Notes under the pieces: generated by a model | What the model was told of the DNA's origin: nothing | The model's database searches: none | What the model saw: only the letters and a program-made list of their open reading frames with translations | Source of the DNA: Octopus sinensis | Lineage: Eukaryota | Direction: 5' to 3' | DNA length: 64,000 nucleotides | Assembly: GCF_006345805.1 (NCBI RefSeq) | Contig: NC_043003.1 | Location: forward strand, 53,506,001-53,570,000 | Position numbers and translations under genes: made by a program | Shown here: positions 34,424 through 48,019 of the stretch, one piece after another | Numbering within the stretch: the stretch's first letter is position 1 | Layout: each line of letters opens with the position of its first letter

Positions 34424-37400
34424 TGTGTGTGTGAGTGTCTAGTTTGGATGTTGCCTTTCCGTGTGTGTAATTTGTTTATGAGTGGTGCAGCTGTTTTTGC
34501 GTAAATCATGTTAAAGTAATGTTGTATATTCTGTGTAGCATGTAAGGTTATCCCAGTTGTTTGTAACATTTTATTATCAATGTCTAGCTATGTGCATATA
34601 GGGAGGTGGTTCGAGCTAAGAGATATATAATATAAATATTCATCAAGATGTGTATTTGTGTTATATTTTGGAAAAATGTGGTGAAATTTAGGAACGAAAA
34701 CTGCCAACTAGAATTTCGTAAGTCTCATGAAAAGGTCAGTGTTCAGAATATTGCTTTTAGAGATCACCGTCTTTGATCAGGAAGCTGTGATTACCAAAAG
34801 TGGGTAGTATATACACATATCTAATGGCATAAAAGATACATGGGCATATAGGCTACATCTCAATTTCATATTTAGGAAAAAAGTTTTTAGAGTTTTAAAG
34901 TATGTAATATAAGCCCAGCTTCATGTACAGGACCCAGGGTGAGTTTTTGCAATATGTTTTTAGGGAATAAAGTGCAACTTATATGCCATTAACATGGTCA
35001 TCAACATTTAATGTCTGTTTTCCATACTGGCGTGGGTTGGATGACTTGAAAAGAACTGGCAAGGCCAGGGGCAGCCCCAGGTTCCATAATCTGTTTTGGT
35101 TTGGTATCTATAAGCTTGATGCCCTTTTTAATGCCAACCACTTTACAGAGTGTACTGGGTGCTTTTTACAGGGCACTGGTACACACACCAATGCTTTTCA
35201 CATGGCACCTTGATTTTGGAATCTCAATTCTGTTGTAATGGGTGGGTCTTCTTGAGTACATCAATGCACCACATATCTCAGTCTTCTGTCATCTCCAGGA
35301 ATTTGACTTGGAAATTAGCAAAATTAGGAGATCTGTGATGACTTGATTTTTTTTTTTACTGTAATTCATTCCTGTTGTGTTTTAGAGAGGAACGTGTATG
35401 CTGCTAAGTGCACAGAGTAACGAAAAACAACGTTGAGTCATATGCTGACAACCTGGTGTTGTATGTCAGTGTTATTTGTACTTCAGTGAAGTGATAGTGT
35501 TTCTGTCATATGTAAATACACTTCCGCCTTGACTACTGTGTGTTTTGCATTGTCTCTCTGTGCATATGGGAATGTTGTTGTTGTTGTTGTTGCTTAGCTC
35601 GTTCCCACCTACTGCCCTTCCTTGTTTTTTTTTTGCTTCTTTTTTTAATATGAGTATGGAGTAAGGCAGCAAACTGGCAGAATCATTACTGCACCACAGA
35701 AAAAGTGCTTAGTGGCATATCTTCCGTCTTTACATTCTGAGTTCAAATTCTGCTGAGGTCCACTTTGCCCTTCATCCTTTAAAGGTCGATAAATTAAGTA
35801 CCAACTGAGAACTGGGGTTGATGTAATCAACTTATCCCTTCCCCCAAAACTGCTGGCCTTGCGCCAAAATTTGAAATCAAAATGTGTATGGAGAAATTCA
35901 AAGAGTATTTGATTGCTATTCTAGCAGGTTGATCAATCATGCAGAAAATTCATTATCTCTGGTCCATCAGTTGCTTATTGGTGTTGCTTGGATACCTAGA
36001 TGTGTGTTTGTTGAAACAATGTGCAGGGCCACAGAGTTGTGTAATCTTTGTATACTTAATAATGTTTACCCTGCATGTATTGTTTAATTCCAGGTCAGTT
36101 TTAATGGAGCAGACCTATGATCAGTTGTAACTAGCTTATTTCTTTTTTGGACACATAGTGTATCTAGGAATACATTATTCAGTGTGTCCTCTTTTAAGAC
36201 AATAGGGTAGAATAAGAGAGAAATTTGGCTGCCATTTCTAGTAAGTCTAGTGACAATGTAGAAACTCCCACATTAGCTTTTTTGTATCCTGTGTGGGTGG
36301 TAATAGTTACAGCTTAAGAGTGTCTGTCTTCATATACATTCTCAAGGGCTTCAATAAAGACATAAATATCACTGCCTTCAAAAGACCATTGCCACCCAGC
36401 TGGTAGCAAGCAAAGCTGAAAAGGTGAGAAGATGAGGGAAAAAAGAAAACTTTTTTCCAATGATTTGCGACTTGTTTTTGAGGATGAATCTCATGTAGGA
36501 CATCCTCAATCTTATGTAGGATACCTCCAGTCTCATTGCTGTAAAGCGATCTTTTGCCACTGTTGTATCTGTTGTTTGACCATGGTTGTTGCTCTGACAG
36601 ATGCTGTTATATTCCGAAGTCATTACTAGAATGGTTCTATCTGACACTGTATGACCACCACCCCAGTCATACAATGTTATTATCCTCAAAAGGTTGGATC
36701 ATTACAACATCCACTCAGTATCACATACATGAATATCAACACTATCTACACATACTCTCAACCTTTTGACCCTCTTTCTATCAACCAGCTCTGGTCTATT
36801 TATAATGGCTGTCTACTACCACTTTCTACCAGGAGGGATGCACAGTTTCACTATACAACACTCATATAGGACATTTCCTTAGGGAATCGCATCACATATC
36901 CATGCCAAGTGTAATGATTTCTTCTATATGCATCACCTGATGGCATTAATGTTTGGCTGCTCTATTAACTCACTTGTGTTATATGTTTCACTAATGGATC
37001 ATTTTTTTCTTCCTCTCCTTCAAGCAGTCACAACTAAGATATGTTTCACAATGCTGCACTCAGAATCTCTGTATTCTTATTTGCTTCAGTAGACCCTTGA
37101 TTTTATGTAAAGTGTCTCAGCCAATAACAACAGAATAGTTAAATAGTTTTTGTCCTGTCAGGATGCAGAAATCTCCACACCCATAATACCTGTTCAGACA
37201 GATGTCAGCACGATAGCAGATTACAGTAAAGCCTACAGTTAATTGGGCATCAATTCTAATCATGGGTGAAATCACCATCATCATTTAATATCCTCTTTCC
37301 ATGCTGGCATGGGTTGGACAATTTGATAGAAACTTGCAAGTCAGAAGACTGTGCCAAACTCTATTGTCTACTTTAGCATGGTTTCTACAGCTGGATGCCC

Positions 37401-37589
37401 TTCCTAATGCCAACTGAGGGTTATATCTCCTCTTTGGTCTTTAACTCACACTATGGACTCTTTTGAGCCCTTGCAAGAAGCCTGGTACACAAAGCTTTTT
37501 CATAGTCCACATTTCAGCTCCATGGAGAAGAATGCAATCTAACATGCCCTGAAAAAGGTCAGCTATCTTGACTTTGATTATTTTTTATT

Positions 37590-37784
37590 TGTTTCAGTTA
37601 TTGGCCTATAACCATGCTGGGGCACTGCCCTGAGGGGGTTTAATAAAAAATATTGCCCCCCCCCCCGACCTATTCTATCAATCTCTTTTTGTTAGGTTAT
37701 AAGGACATAAACAAACCATCACTAATTATCAAGAAGTAAGAAAGGAGACAAACACATGCATGTGTATGTATGTATGTATGTATG

Positions 37785-37840
<56 letters not shown>

Positions 37841-37990
37841 CACACAAAAGGCTTCCATACAGTTTCTGTCAACCAAATTCACTCACAAGGCATTGGTCAA
37901 CCCAGGGCTACAGTAGAAGACCCTTGCCCAAGGTTCCATGCAGTGAGACTGAACCTGAAACCACATGGTTGTCAAGTGAGTTTAACTACA
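37590..37990 (-). mobile_element. Degenerate family A SINE
   Basis: TTTGTTTCAGT...CCATGCTGG tail, (TA)n core and head remnants. Confidence 0.65.
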
Positions 37991-38364
37991 AAGCCATGAC
38001 TCAAAACATGTGAATTGTTCTTGCCTCATTTCCCTGCCACTTTCACATATCTACACCCACATATCACTACCATGCAGTATCAAACTCTTTACACATACTT
38101 CACACACTGTTGGTCTTTTTGCATGAAGAGAGAAACTATGTTGCTTAGAGAAGTAACAACACTTCAAACTCCATGTATATTTTTATTACTCAGTCATACA
38201 CCTTCATACGTTGGTATTTATATGCCCCATATCAGTTTGAAGTTTGTAAATAAACTGAGTTCCATTCTAGGGGCAAACAATAAAAAGTAATTCAGGATAG
38301 AGAACTAATCTATAAAGAATTCAAAAGTTTTACAACAGAGAGCTTTAAAAATTTGTAAATCTAC

Positions 38365-38445
38365 CTGAGTGAGCTGACAACAAAGGAAGATCAGGTCCTT
38401 GCCGACCAGTGCTATTCAAAGGTAAAATTCCCAGTGCTCCACCAC
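38365..38445 (-). CDS. CORO7: CORO7 coding exon 3 (GGGALGILPLNSTGRQGPDLPLLSAHS)
   Basis: TTTAACAG acceptor, GTAGAT donor, 81 nt, phase 1-1; typical coronin LGILPL...GR...PLL.AH motif. Confidence 0.92.
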
Positions 38446-38961
38446 CTGTTAAATTAAATAAGAGAAGATTAAAAGAAGCATAAAAATATGTTAATAACAC
38501 AGGAAATATATTTCTAATGCAGGTTGATGTAAAAGTATATAATAATTAGTCGATTTTATGTCTGTTTTGTAGTGAACATATTGATATACATTTAAGACAA
38601 ACATTCTTTTCCTGAGTTAAAATAACTATTTATTCAAGATAAAGGATTAAGAGAAAATAGGAATATTATAAGTTTAAAGCATATTAAAAATATAATTATT
38701 CCAAAAACAGTGTACCAGGATTCAGGCTTTCTAAAAGTAATCTCTTTACCATTTATGGTAATATCATGTTTATTATAGCAGAAAGAATGTGTATCCTTTT
38801 GTTAAATCCTGAAAGACTTTAAAAGAAGAAATATTTTATATGATGTTTCTTTATTATATTGTTATATTTGAATAATAAAAGATTTGGTAGCAGTGTTTGT
38901 GTGTGTGTGTATGTGTGTGTGTTTTGGTGTGTGTGTCTGTGTGTATAAGTGTAGGGTGTGT

Positions 38962-40215
38962 ATACAGGATGTCAAGGGTATTTGAGTACTTAATTACTCG
39001 TATATTACTCTCTTCAAAGCAATCAAAAGGTTTTTATTTCTTTCAATTCCTCAATAGCAGATAAAATGAAAAGGCATGCAATCATTGCAGTCCTATGTGT
39101 GGGGTACAGTGATTTAGAAATAGTGAACTTTCTAAATGTTGCAAGATCTTTTGTACACAAAATTCAGATGGAATTGGAAGCCTCTGGCAGGAATATTTCA
39201 ACTACATCAAAGAGAAAAAGAAAACATTCTACACATTCAATAACATTTTATACCTGTTGGATGAATTGCAGTGTCGTTAGACACTACAATTCATCCAACA
39301 GGTACAAAACATTATTGATGATGATACTGAAAAATTAACGAAAGTTGTTGCCAAAGAGCCTCAGGTGTCAGAATGAATCATCAGAATTGTGGTGCACAAG
39401 GATACTTCATACAAGTTCTATGTATTGAAGAGAGACCAGTTCATGTCTGTAAAGACACAAGAAAACAATTTGATCCGTGCCAACTGGATACCTAACAAAG
39501 TTAAAAATCCTCATACTTCAGTTCTTCTCTCATAAGAAAAATTCTGACCAAGACTAAAAGTCTGACAGGAGAAATGACAAATTGTTATGTGCAAATTCTT
39601 CTGATCTGCCATGGCTAATCCACACTAAGTTTCCAGCAACTATAACGGTTTTAGGAATTATGAGTAACAAAGGTCACATCATGCCACCTCACATCTTGCC
39701 ACAAAATCTTAAAATTAATGCAGCTGGATGTTTTGAGGTAGTAGAGAAACTTGTTGAGCATTGAATGGATGAAGTATAGAAGGTCATAAGTGTTTCAACA
39801 AGAGTCAGCACCTTCTCACAAAACCTACATAAACCAAGAATGGATGTCAGATAATCTTTACAATTACATAGCACCAAACTTGTGGCCTCCAAGCTCACCA
39901 GGTATAAATCTCATGAGCTGTTATGTTTGGAGTATTGTTGAAAAGGTGACTAAATAACATCCTCACAATAGCTTCATTGAAGGCCATCACTGCTCAGATG
40001 ATGTCCAAAATAAAAAAAGGACCATTCAGTGCAGGCATGTCAACAACTCTGGTCTCATATTTAAGCAATCATCAAGGCTGAGGGCAGATTCATAGAAAAT
40101 TCTTAAAACAAAGTTTATCAAGGACATGTGCACAAATTTATGTGCATCAATTTGTATTGAAGTACATTTGGTATTTGCTAGATAATTTTTTAATTACCAA
40201 ATATGTCCTAAAAAA
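38962..40215 (+). mobile_element. Degenerate maT-like (DD37D) Tc1/mariner element
   Basis: KRHAIIA...DLEIVNFLNVARSFVHK; KFPATITVLGIMSNKGHIMPPH; FQQESAPSH; WPPSSP...CYVW; TIR boundaries uncertain. Confidence 0.75.
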
Positions 40216-41654
40216 ACTTCTTACACCCTCTCTCTCTCTCTCTCTCGCTCTCTCTGTGCGCACGCGTGCGTGCGTGTGTGTGTGTGTGTGCACACGTATG
40301 TATGTGTGTTTACACACTAAGCTGCCTATAATATGAGAAATATCAACAAAATAGAGTGATTTAGTCTTGATAATAAATAACACAAAAACCCTGACAAAAC
40401 TACCATGGAAGTATATAAATAAATGTTGACAAATCAATTGTTTTGTCAACATGTATAGAAAACTTTCAGATTATTAAGGGCAAATTATTCTAATTTGTTT
40501 CTAGATTAATTTGTTGATAAAAGAGTTATCTACAATAATAAATACTTGACCCAGTTTGGACTTACTATTACTTTGAATAATAAAAAGAAAACCTATGTTT
40601 ATAAATAATGCAATACTAAATAAAGTCAGATGTGTATCTGAATTTCTGACGTTAGTTATCACCTGAGTGTATTGATCAGATTAAGAACCCTATCTTGTTT
40701 TAATGATATATTCACTGATTCTCATCAGGTTTCTGACACATACACATACATACATATATGCAGGTACACACAGGATAATTATTTGATATTGATTTTTGGC
40801 ATGGATATAATATTGATTTTTACACTAGTACAAGGCCACCAATTTCTAGGAGAAATTATAATTGATTACATCAAGTAAGCTCCATAACATACGATTTTAT
40901 CAATCCTAGAGTGATTAAAGTCCATAAAAGGAGAATTTGAACTCAGAATATGGGATAATATGCCACTTTGTTTGCCAGTGTGTCACAATTATATACACAT
41001 ATACCTTTTTAGCAATTTCGTTTTTGTATGAGGTTCACAAGATTCTTTTTGTGAATTTGTGTGTTGAAGCAGATTTTATTGTGTTTGGGGAGAGTCATTC
41101 TCTTTTAGTGCCTATTTGGATAGAATCAATGACTATTGAAAAGGTTGCAAGACCGGTGAGTGTGTTAAATAATGAGGCACTAAAAGAGAATGACTCTTTT
41201 TTAGCAATGTTTTCTATCAAATACACATACATTTTTTGACTTTATTTTTATTTGTTTCAGTCATTGGACTGTGACCATGCTAGAGCACCACCTTGAAGGG
41301 TATAGTCAAAGTACTTAATTATTAAATCGGGTACTTATTCAGTTGGTCTCTTTTGCTAAACCACTAAGTTATGGAGATGTAAACAAAGCAACACCATGTC
41401 AAATGAAGGATGAAGGAAGAGACACAAAGACATACACATGCATACGCACAGATACATTTACACATACACACATATATGTGCACACAATCCACTCTGTTGC
41501 GGGGTTAACGTTAAGGGCATCCAGCCATAAAAACCATGCCAAAATAGACACAGAGGTCTGGTGCAGGCTCCTGTCAAACTGTGCAACCCATGCCAGCATG
41601 GAAGGCAGACAATAAACGACAATGATTATGAATGAGCTTCTACACCATGTCAAG

Positions 41655-41695
<41 letters not shown>

Positions 41696-42543
41696 TATAT
41701 TTGCACACAATGGGCTTCTACATAATTTCCTTCTACCAAAGTCACTCACAGGGCATTGGTTAGCCCAAGGTTATAACGGATGATGTTTGCACAGTGATGC
41801 ACAGTGGAAGGAACTAAACCGGAGATCACATAGTTGCAACCATACCTGTGCCTATAACATTGATTAACTTGTATATCATTAAACACTGCTAGTATACTAA
41901 AGTTAACCTTCTGGTCAGTCTAGTCAACAACCTTTCTGTTCATCATCATGAGTGTAATAAACATCCACTTTTCCCTGCTCACATGGGGCAAGCAAAATTT
42001 ACTGAGGCAATTTTCAATGCTCAGATGTCCTTCCTGCCACCAACACTTACTCGTTTCCAAATAAGGTAATACTTCCCCATGACCAGATATCTTTTCACAG
42101 AATATCGGAATTCATAGACACTAATGGCATATGGTGACACTCATCTACAAATATCACATAATGTCAAAGCAACAAGACAGCCACACTCAAACACACAAAA
42201 TATATTCACATATATCTACAATGGGCTTCTTTCAGTTTTTGTTTACCATATCCACTGTTTATCATAGTATCAAATATATTCAATGCACTTAGCTTTGTAA
42301 GGAAATGCCTAAGTGGTAATCTGGAAAAGCCAAGGTTTTCAGAAGGAGAAATCAACCAGATAACACACACACATTACAAACACAAGCTGTTAGCAGAACA
42401 GTAAAACTATGTATGACACTGGTCAAGTTCAAAATGTGATATTTTGTTATCAACAAGTCCAATGACAGAGCTCTATACCTTTGTTAGAAACCAGCACCTT
42501 TCTTCCTTACAGGAAGAATGCAAGTGACTAAAAAAATAAAGAG

Positions 42544-42584
<41 letters not shown>

Positions 42585-42923
42585 TTAAAGTGTTGGGTGT
42601 TTAATCTTATCAACAAGAATATCCATAGCAGTAAAAATTGAAAAGATTAGCCTTATATAATATATTGAAACGTGATGTGATTACACAAAAGGTGAGTTTT
42701 ATAGTCTGATCAATGAAAACTAGTTAAACTGAAAATAGTATGAAACTTTCCTCAGCTACACAACTTGGATTTGATTTGAAGTACTGTGTCATTTATGTAC
42801 TTTAACCATTTAGCATTTAAATTAGCCAGATTCAGCCTAAATATTCTACCTGTTTTTTTGTTTAAACTGGCCAGATCTGGCCTCTTACACTTATCCTACA
42901 ATGTCGTTCTAAAAACTAAACAA

Positions 42924-43325
42924 GGCGAAGGAGTGGCTGTGTGGTAAGTAGCTTGCTTACTAACCACATGCTTCCGGGTTCAGTCCCACTGCATGGCATC
43001 TTGGGCAAGTGTCTTCTACTATAGCTTCGGGCTGACCAAAGCCTTGTGAGTGGATTTGGTAGGCGGAAACTGAAAGAAGCATTGTATATATGTATATGTA
43101 TATGTGTGTGTGTGTGTGTGTGTCTGTATTTGTCCCCACAACATCGCTTGACAACTGATGCTGGTGTGTTTATGTCCCCGTAACTTAGCAGTTGGGCAAA
43201 AGAGACCAATAGAATAAGTACTAGGCTTACAAAGAATAAGTCCTGGGGTCAATTTGCTCAACTAAAGGCAGTGCTCCAGCATGGCTGCAGTCAAATGACT
43301 GAAACAAGTAAAAGAGAAAGAGAAT
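42924..43325 (+). mobile_element. Family A SINE, full length
   Basis: Head GGCGAAGGAGTGGCTGTGTGG; tail GACTGAAACAAGTAAAAGAG. Confidence 0.85.
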
Positions 43326-43751
43326 CCCGATGAGGTGAGCCTCACAGCTAGTGTCTTCTTCACATCAGCCCTGACAAAGGCGATAATCTTATTCAGTGGG
43401 TAAAAGCACCTGCAATCACTAATCACACTGCAGCCAAAACTCAGCCATGCTTCCAGGATTCAAAATAATATTACTTTGCTTGGAAGGTAATGATTAGTGA
43501 TAGGAAGGGTATCCAGCCATAGACTTTCGGCCTGAATAACCTTCATCCATCCCATGCAAGCATGGAAAAATAAATGTTAAAACAATCACGATGATGATTA
43601 TGAGGTGTTTTCAATAATTGATAAAAGACTTCCAGGAAAAAAGATAATACAGGATTCAAAATAATGTGAATAAATAAGCATTGCATTTGACAGAACAATC
43701 TGAATGCTAAAGGGTTGAAAGAGAGAATAGGTATGCTAGTTGATAGTTTTT

Positions 43752-44545
43752 CCATACAGTATTCAGTGATGCACCTGGATACATCATCAGTGGTTTTTTC
43801 CTCATGTCATTAGGTGTTTCAGGTCTTTCAACATCAGACACCCTCACCCAAGATGATCCAGCTGAGGTTGATCAAGCTCCAGCTTCTATCAAGTTAGCTT
43901 TACCCCTGTTATCACTGCCCCTTCTAAGGCTCACATATCCTAATCCAAAGACACCTTGAGGCAGCCTCCACTGCCACCACAGCCAACCTGATAACCTTTC
44001 ACCTCTAAGCCCTATGATGCCAAGCATATTATAAGCACTGCAGAAGGACTGACCAGCAAACCATCAGCATCTCCTTGCTTGCCACCCATTCTTTTAGCAT
44101 AGCTCCACCAGTTCAGCTCTCATTTACCTCCTTAATGCAATTCTCCCTTGAAACACAGTGTTCAGCTCCCAATCTTTTTTTGTTGAAAGTAAGCCCAATG
44201 AGGTGAGCCTCACAGCAAGTGTCTTTTTCACATCGGCCCTGACAAAGGCAATAATCTTATTCAATGGGCAAAAGCACCTGCAATCACTAATCTCACATCA
44301 GATGGTGTTTACTATGAATGACTTCCAAAACTCAGCCATGCTTCCAGTGATACCATCCCTCTTCTGGAGTTTTTGGACAACTACTAAGGACGTGCTCCAA
44401 GGTTTCTCTCCTGGGCACAGTAAAGAAGCTGCTGACTCCAACCTTCCGCAACAAAAGTTGAATGTACTCAGTAAGACATCAAAAACTGCCTTAATTAGGA
44501 ATTTTATACAGTGGAGCTCTGCTTTCCAATGGTCAGGCCATCAGA
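43752..44545 (-). mobile_element. HERO-like (restriction-like endonuclease clade) non-LTR retrotransposon remnant, 3' portion
   Basis: Frameshifted minus-strand peptides WKAELHCIKFLIKAVFDVL, LLCPG, TLEHVLSSCPK...GWYHWKH, IAFVRA, FAGQSFCSAYNMLGI, EAASRCLWIR, then a 3' UTR; family assignment from memory. Confidence 0.75.
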
Positions 44546-44697
44546 AGCACAGCATGAATATTCTCACATTTCTAATATACAGCTGACATAATGACAATAC
44601 TTTAACAAGGTACCAAATGCAAGAGATGCTGAAACTGCAAAACACAGCATGTAGTAATACAATTGATAAAGAATCAAATATATAATGTTTTGCTTAC

Positions 44698-44797
44698 CTA
44701 AATTATCTACATTAAATACCATGTAGAAAGCATTTGCCTTGATATGATTCCCAAAAGATTGTAGCAATCGTCCTGTACTGATGTCAGTTATCCAGTC
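44698..44797 (-). CDS. CORO7: CORO7 coding exon 2 (DWITDISTGRLLQSFGNHIKANAFYMVFNVDNL)
   Basis: TTTTATTACAG acceptor, GTAAGC donor, 100 nt, phase 0-1; GNHIKA motif of the coronin-7 N-terminus. Confidence 0.92.
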
Positions 44798-47700
44798 CTG
44801 TAATAAAAGAAAATTACAACCAATATTAAAACATCAATTTATTTCCTTGATTTGTGTATCAATTTTAAACATCAAATTTATTCTCTTTATCTAATAGGCA
44901 CATATGTGCCTATTATCTATAGGTACATATGTGCCTATTATCTATAGGCACATGTATGCCTTTATCTATAGACATATAAGCACAGACATGGTTGTGCATT
45001 TAAGAAGTTTGCATCCCAATCACATGGATTCTGGTTCAATCCCAGTGTGGCAGCTTGGGCAGGTGTATTCTACTAAAGTTTCTTTTGATAAATAAAACTT
45101 ATTTTGTTCAGCAAAAATATCATTATAGTTCTTCCAACTATTACAAGGATATCTTACTTGTACGTTTTAAAAATATTTAAACTGATGATTTTTACAGACT
45201 TGTGTAATAACTATACAGGAAGCAATTTTTCATAATCTTAAAATATATACAATATGAATGTTGATGCTGATTATAAACAGATTTTTATATTTGTTAAATT
45301 TCAATAATTAATATGATTTGTAATGGTATTGGAGCCACTTTAAAACTCATATCTAACACAAAACAAACTTGCAGAACAAGCGTTTTTACATTCACATTTC
45401 CATTACAGCGTTAACTTTTAAATAAGGCATGGGCAAACTTTTATGAGATACATGTTGCATGAGATATGGCTCATTATCACAGGTCAACCTTACTACGAAA
45501 AACATTCAAGGCAATTTTTCATTAATTTTTCATTAAGTGTGACATTCAGAAAGTTCCACGAGTTTCTCATGACTGCTTTAAACCATGAATCATAATTCTT
45601 AGAGATTTCCACCCTAGTTCACTATAAAAAAAACACAGCCTTGCTCATGATGACAGGAAATAACCTTTTAATTTAGCTTTTTCATTGTCATACTCTGACA
45701 CATCCTCCCCATCTTCTCTCCTTTTAAAACTATAGTAACCAGGTATCTCTTCTACAGCAAGACATCTGCATCTGTCCCTCTATTGCACTTTAACCTCTCA
45801 TCATCTGGCACAAAGTCACTCTCCCTCAACACTACAACACCACCATCCCACTCCCTCAGTTGAGGGATTTGTCTTGCATGTTACTTAGTAACTTCACTAA
45901 TGCCTGTACCACATAAAAAGCACCCAGTAGATTCTGTGAAGAAGTTAGCATTAGGAAGGGCATCCAGCCATAGAAATTGTACTAAAGCAGATATTGAAGC
46001 TTGAAGCAGTCCTCTGGTTTATTAGCTCCTCTCAAACCATCCAACCCATGCCAGTATGGAAAACAGATATTAATCAATGGTGATGATGATTATGATGAAG
46101 TAGACCTATTATCAAAGAGTCAACCCAGGGTCATAGTAGAAGACACTTACCCAAGGTGCTATGCAGTGGAACTGAACCTGAAACCATGTAGTGGAAAAGT
46201 GAACTCTACTATACCATATAAGATCACAATACCATATAAGATTACTTTACTATTTGTGGAGAGAAGGGAGAGGTGAGAAATATAATAAAAACACCTCTTT
46301 CCATAAATAATAAATCACCCCTATATGCTTTCCTACATTTTATGCTCCCTTCTGTTCAAAGAATTGTTTTTCTTCAAGATCCCTTCCTTCTAAATATATC
46401 TTTCTAGCATCCTATACCTTTCCGTCAGAAATAATCTCTTTTCTCCTTTTTCCTTTTCTGCTTCAGGTTCTTTCTACTTTTAATTATTCTTTCTTCTCTC
46501 TTTTCTCCTACTGGTTATCACAAGTTTTATAGCTGCCGTGTCTTACACATTTTTTTTTTTTTGGCCTTTTTTACTGTCACCCCACTTAATAAATATATAC
46601 TCTAGTCATCATCATCATCAATTTAACAACCACATTTCCCTACATGCAAGGGTCAGATGGAATTCATTGAGGGAAGATTTTCTATTGCTGGATGCCTTTC
46701 CAGTTTCCAACCCTCACCTCTTTCCAAGCAAGTTAATATTTCCCTTTAACCAAACATGCTTTTCATTGAAGACTGAAAAACAAATGACCTACTTACACGA
46801 TGCTAAGGCAAAGACATACACACACACACGTGTGTACACACAGACACATACAAACACACACAAGGGGCTTCTTTCAGTTTCTATATATCAAATCCACTAC
46901 TCACAATAAACTTTGGTCAGCTCAGAGCAATAGCAGAAAACGCTTGCCCAACATGCTGCACAGTGAAACTGGAACTAAAACCACATCTGTGGGAAACCAG
47001 CTTCATAACCACATAGCCATGCCTGTACCCAGACTCTCTTGATGTAAAACTTATTGTAACATTTACAATACTTTATGATACAATAAAAGTTGCACTTCTC
47101 AACATCTTTTCTTCCTTTATTTCTCATTCTTTTCTCCTTTTCCTTTTCTTCTCTTTCTTGTCTCTTCTGGATCTCTCTATATTACCTCTTTCTAATTCTT
47201 TTTCATCATTGTTTTTTTTGTTGTTCTATCCTTATTTTTTTTTTATTTCCTGTTGTTCTATCCTAATGTTTTTTTTTTTACTTCATCTTTCACTTATGTA
47301 ATTATGCCTTATTCAACCATCAGATTCATATTCATACTAGAATATTCAAATCTTAATATTAATAAATTTACTTTGACTAAATTTAATATTGCATACATCA
47401 ACCTATAAAATACAAAGGTGTCAGTTACTTCAAATAAGCATTACCAATAAACTGTGTAAACAACAGTTAAAATCTTAGTTCTTTTACTGCTAGTCATATC
47501 TTTAGCTCCTGGGTGGTGGATTGGCAAAATCATTAAGATTTCAGACAAAATGCCTTGGGAAATTTAGTTCAGCCGTTCACTTTCTTATTTCAAATACCAT
47601 GAAGGTCATCTGTCTAGAATCATTGAAATAATACAGGAGTTTATTTAATTGACTGCTTCCTCTACCAAAAATTTATTGCTTTATTCCTATAAGAAATCAT

Positions 47701-48019
47701 TAGCATTGTTAATTCTATGTGTTGAGTATTTTCCCTCGTGTTTGTATAGTGATACACACACACACAAAGCAGTGCTTTGATGTGTATGGATCTGATAATG
47801 GGTTTACATCAAATAAAACAAATTCTCGTGCATAATTATATGATTAAGTGGATTGCTTCCCAACCATGTAATTTCGGGTTCAGCCCCACTGTGTGGAACC
47901 TTGGGTGTCTTCTAGTGTGGCCCCAGGCCTGACCAAACCTTGTGTGTGGAATTAGTAGACAGAAACTGAAAGATGCTCACTATGTGTGCATGTGCATGTG
48001 TGTGCGTGTGTGTATAATG

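Noticed and set aside
42479-42527. AG/GT-bounded 49-nt candidate exon in intron 2
   Set aside because: It has a TAA in the required phase-1 frame, its length shifts the frame, and exon 3 at 38365-38445 already supplies the homologous sequence; a poison exon cannot be supported without RNA data
43811-43845. CTGATG...GAAAC motif in the HERO 3' UTR (minus strand) as a hammerhead
   Set aside because: The core reads CUGAUGU, there is no stem II, and the flanking GGTGT/ACACC pairing gives the wrong topology
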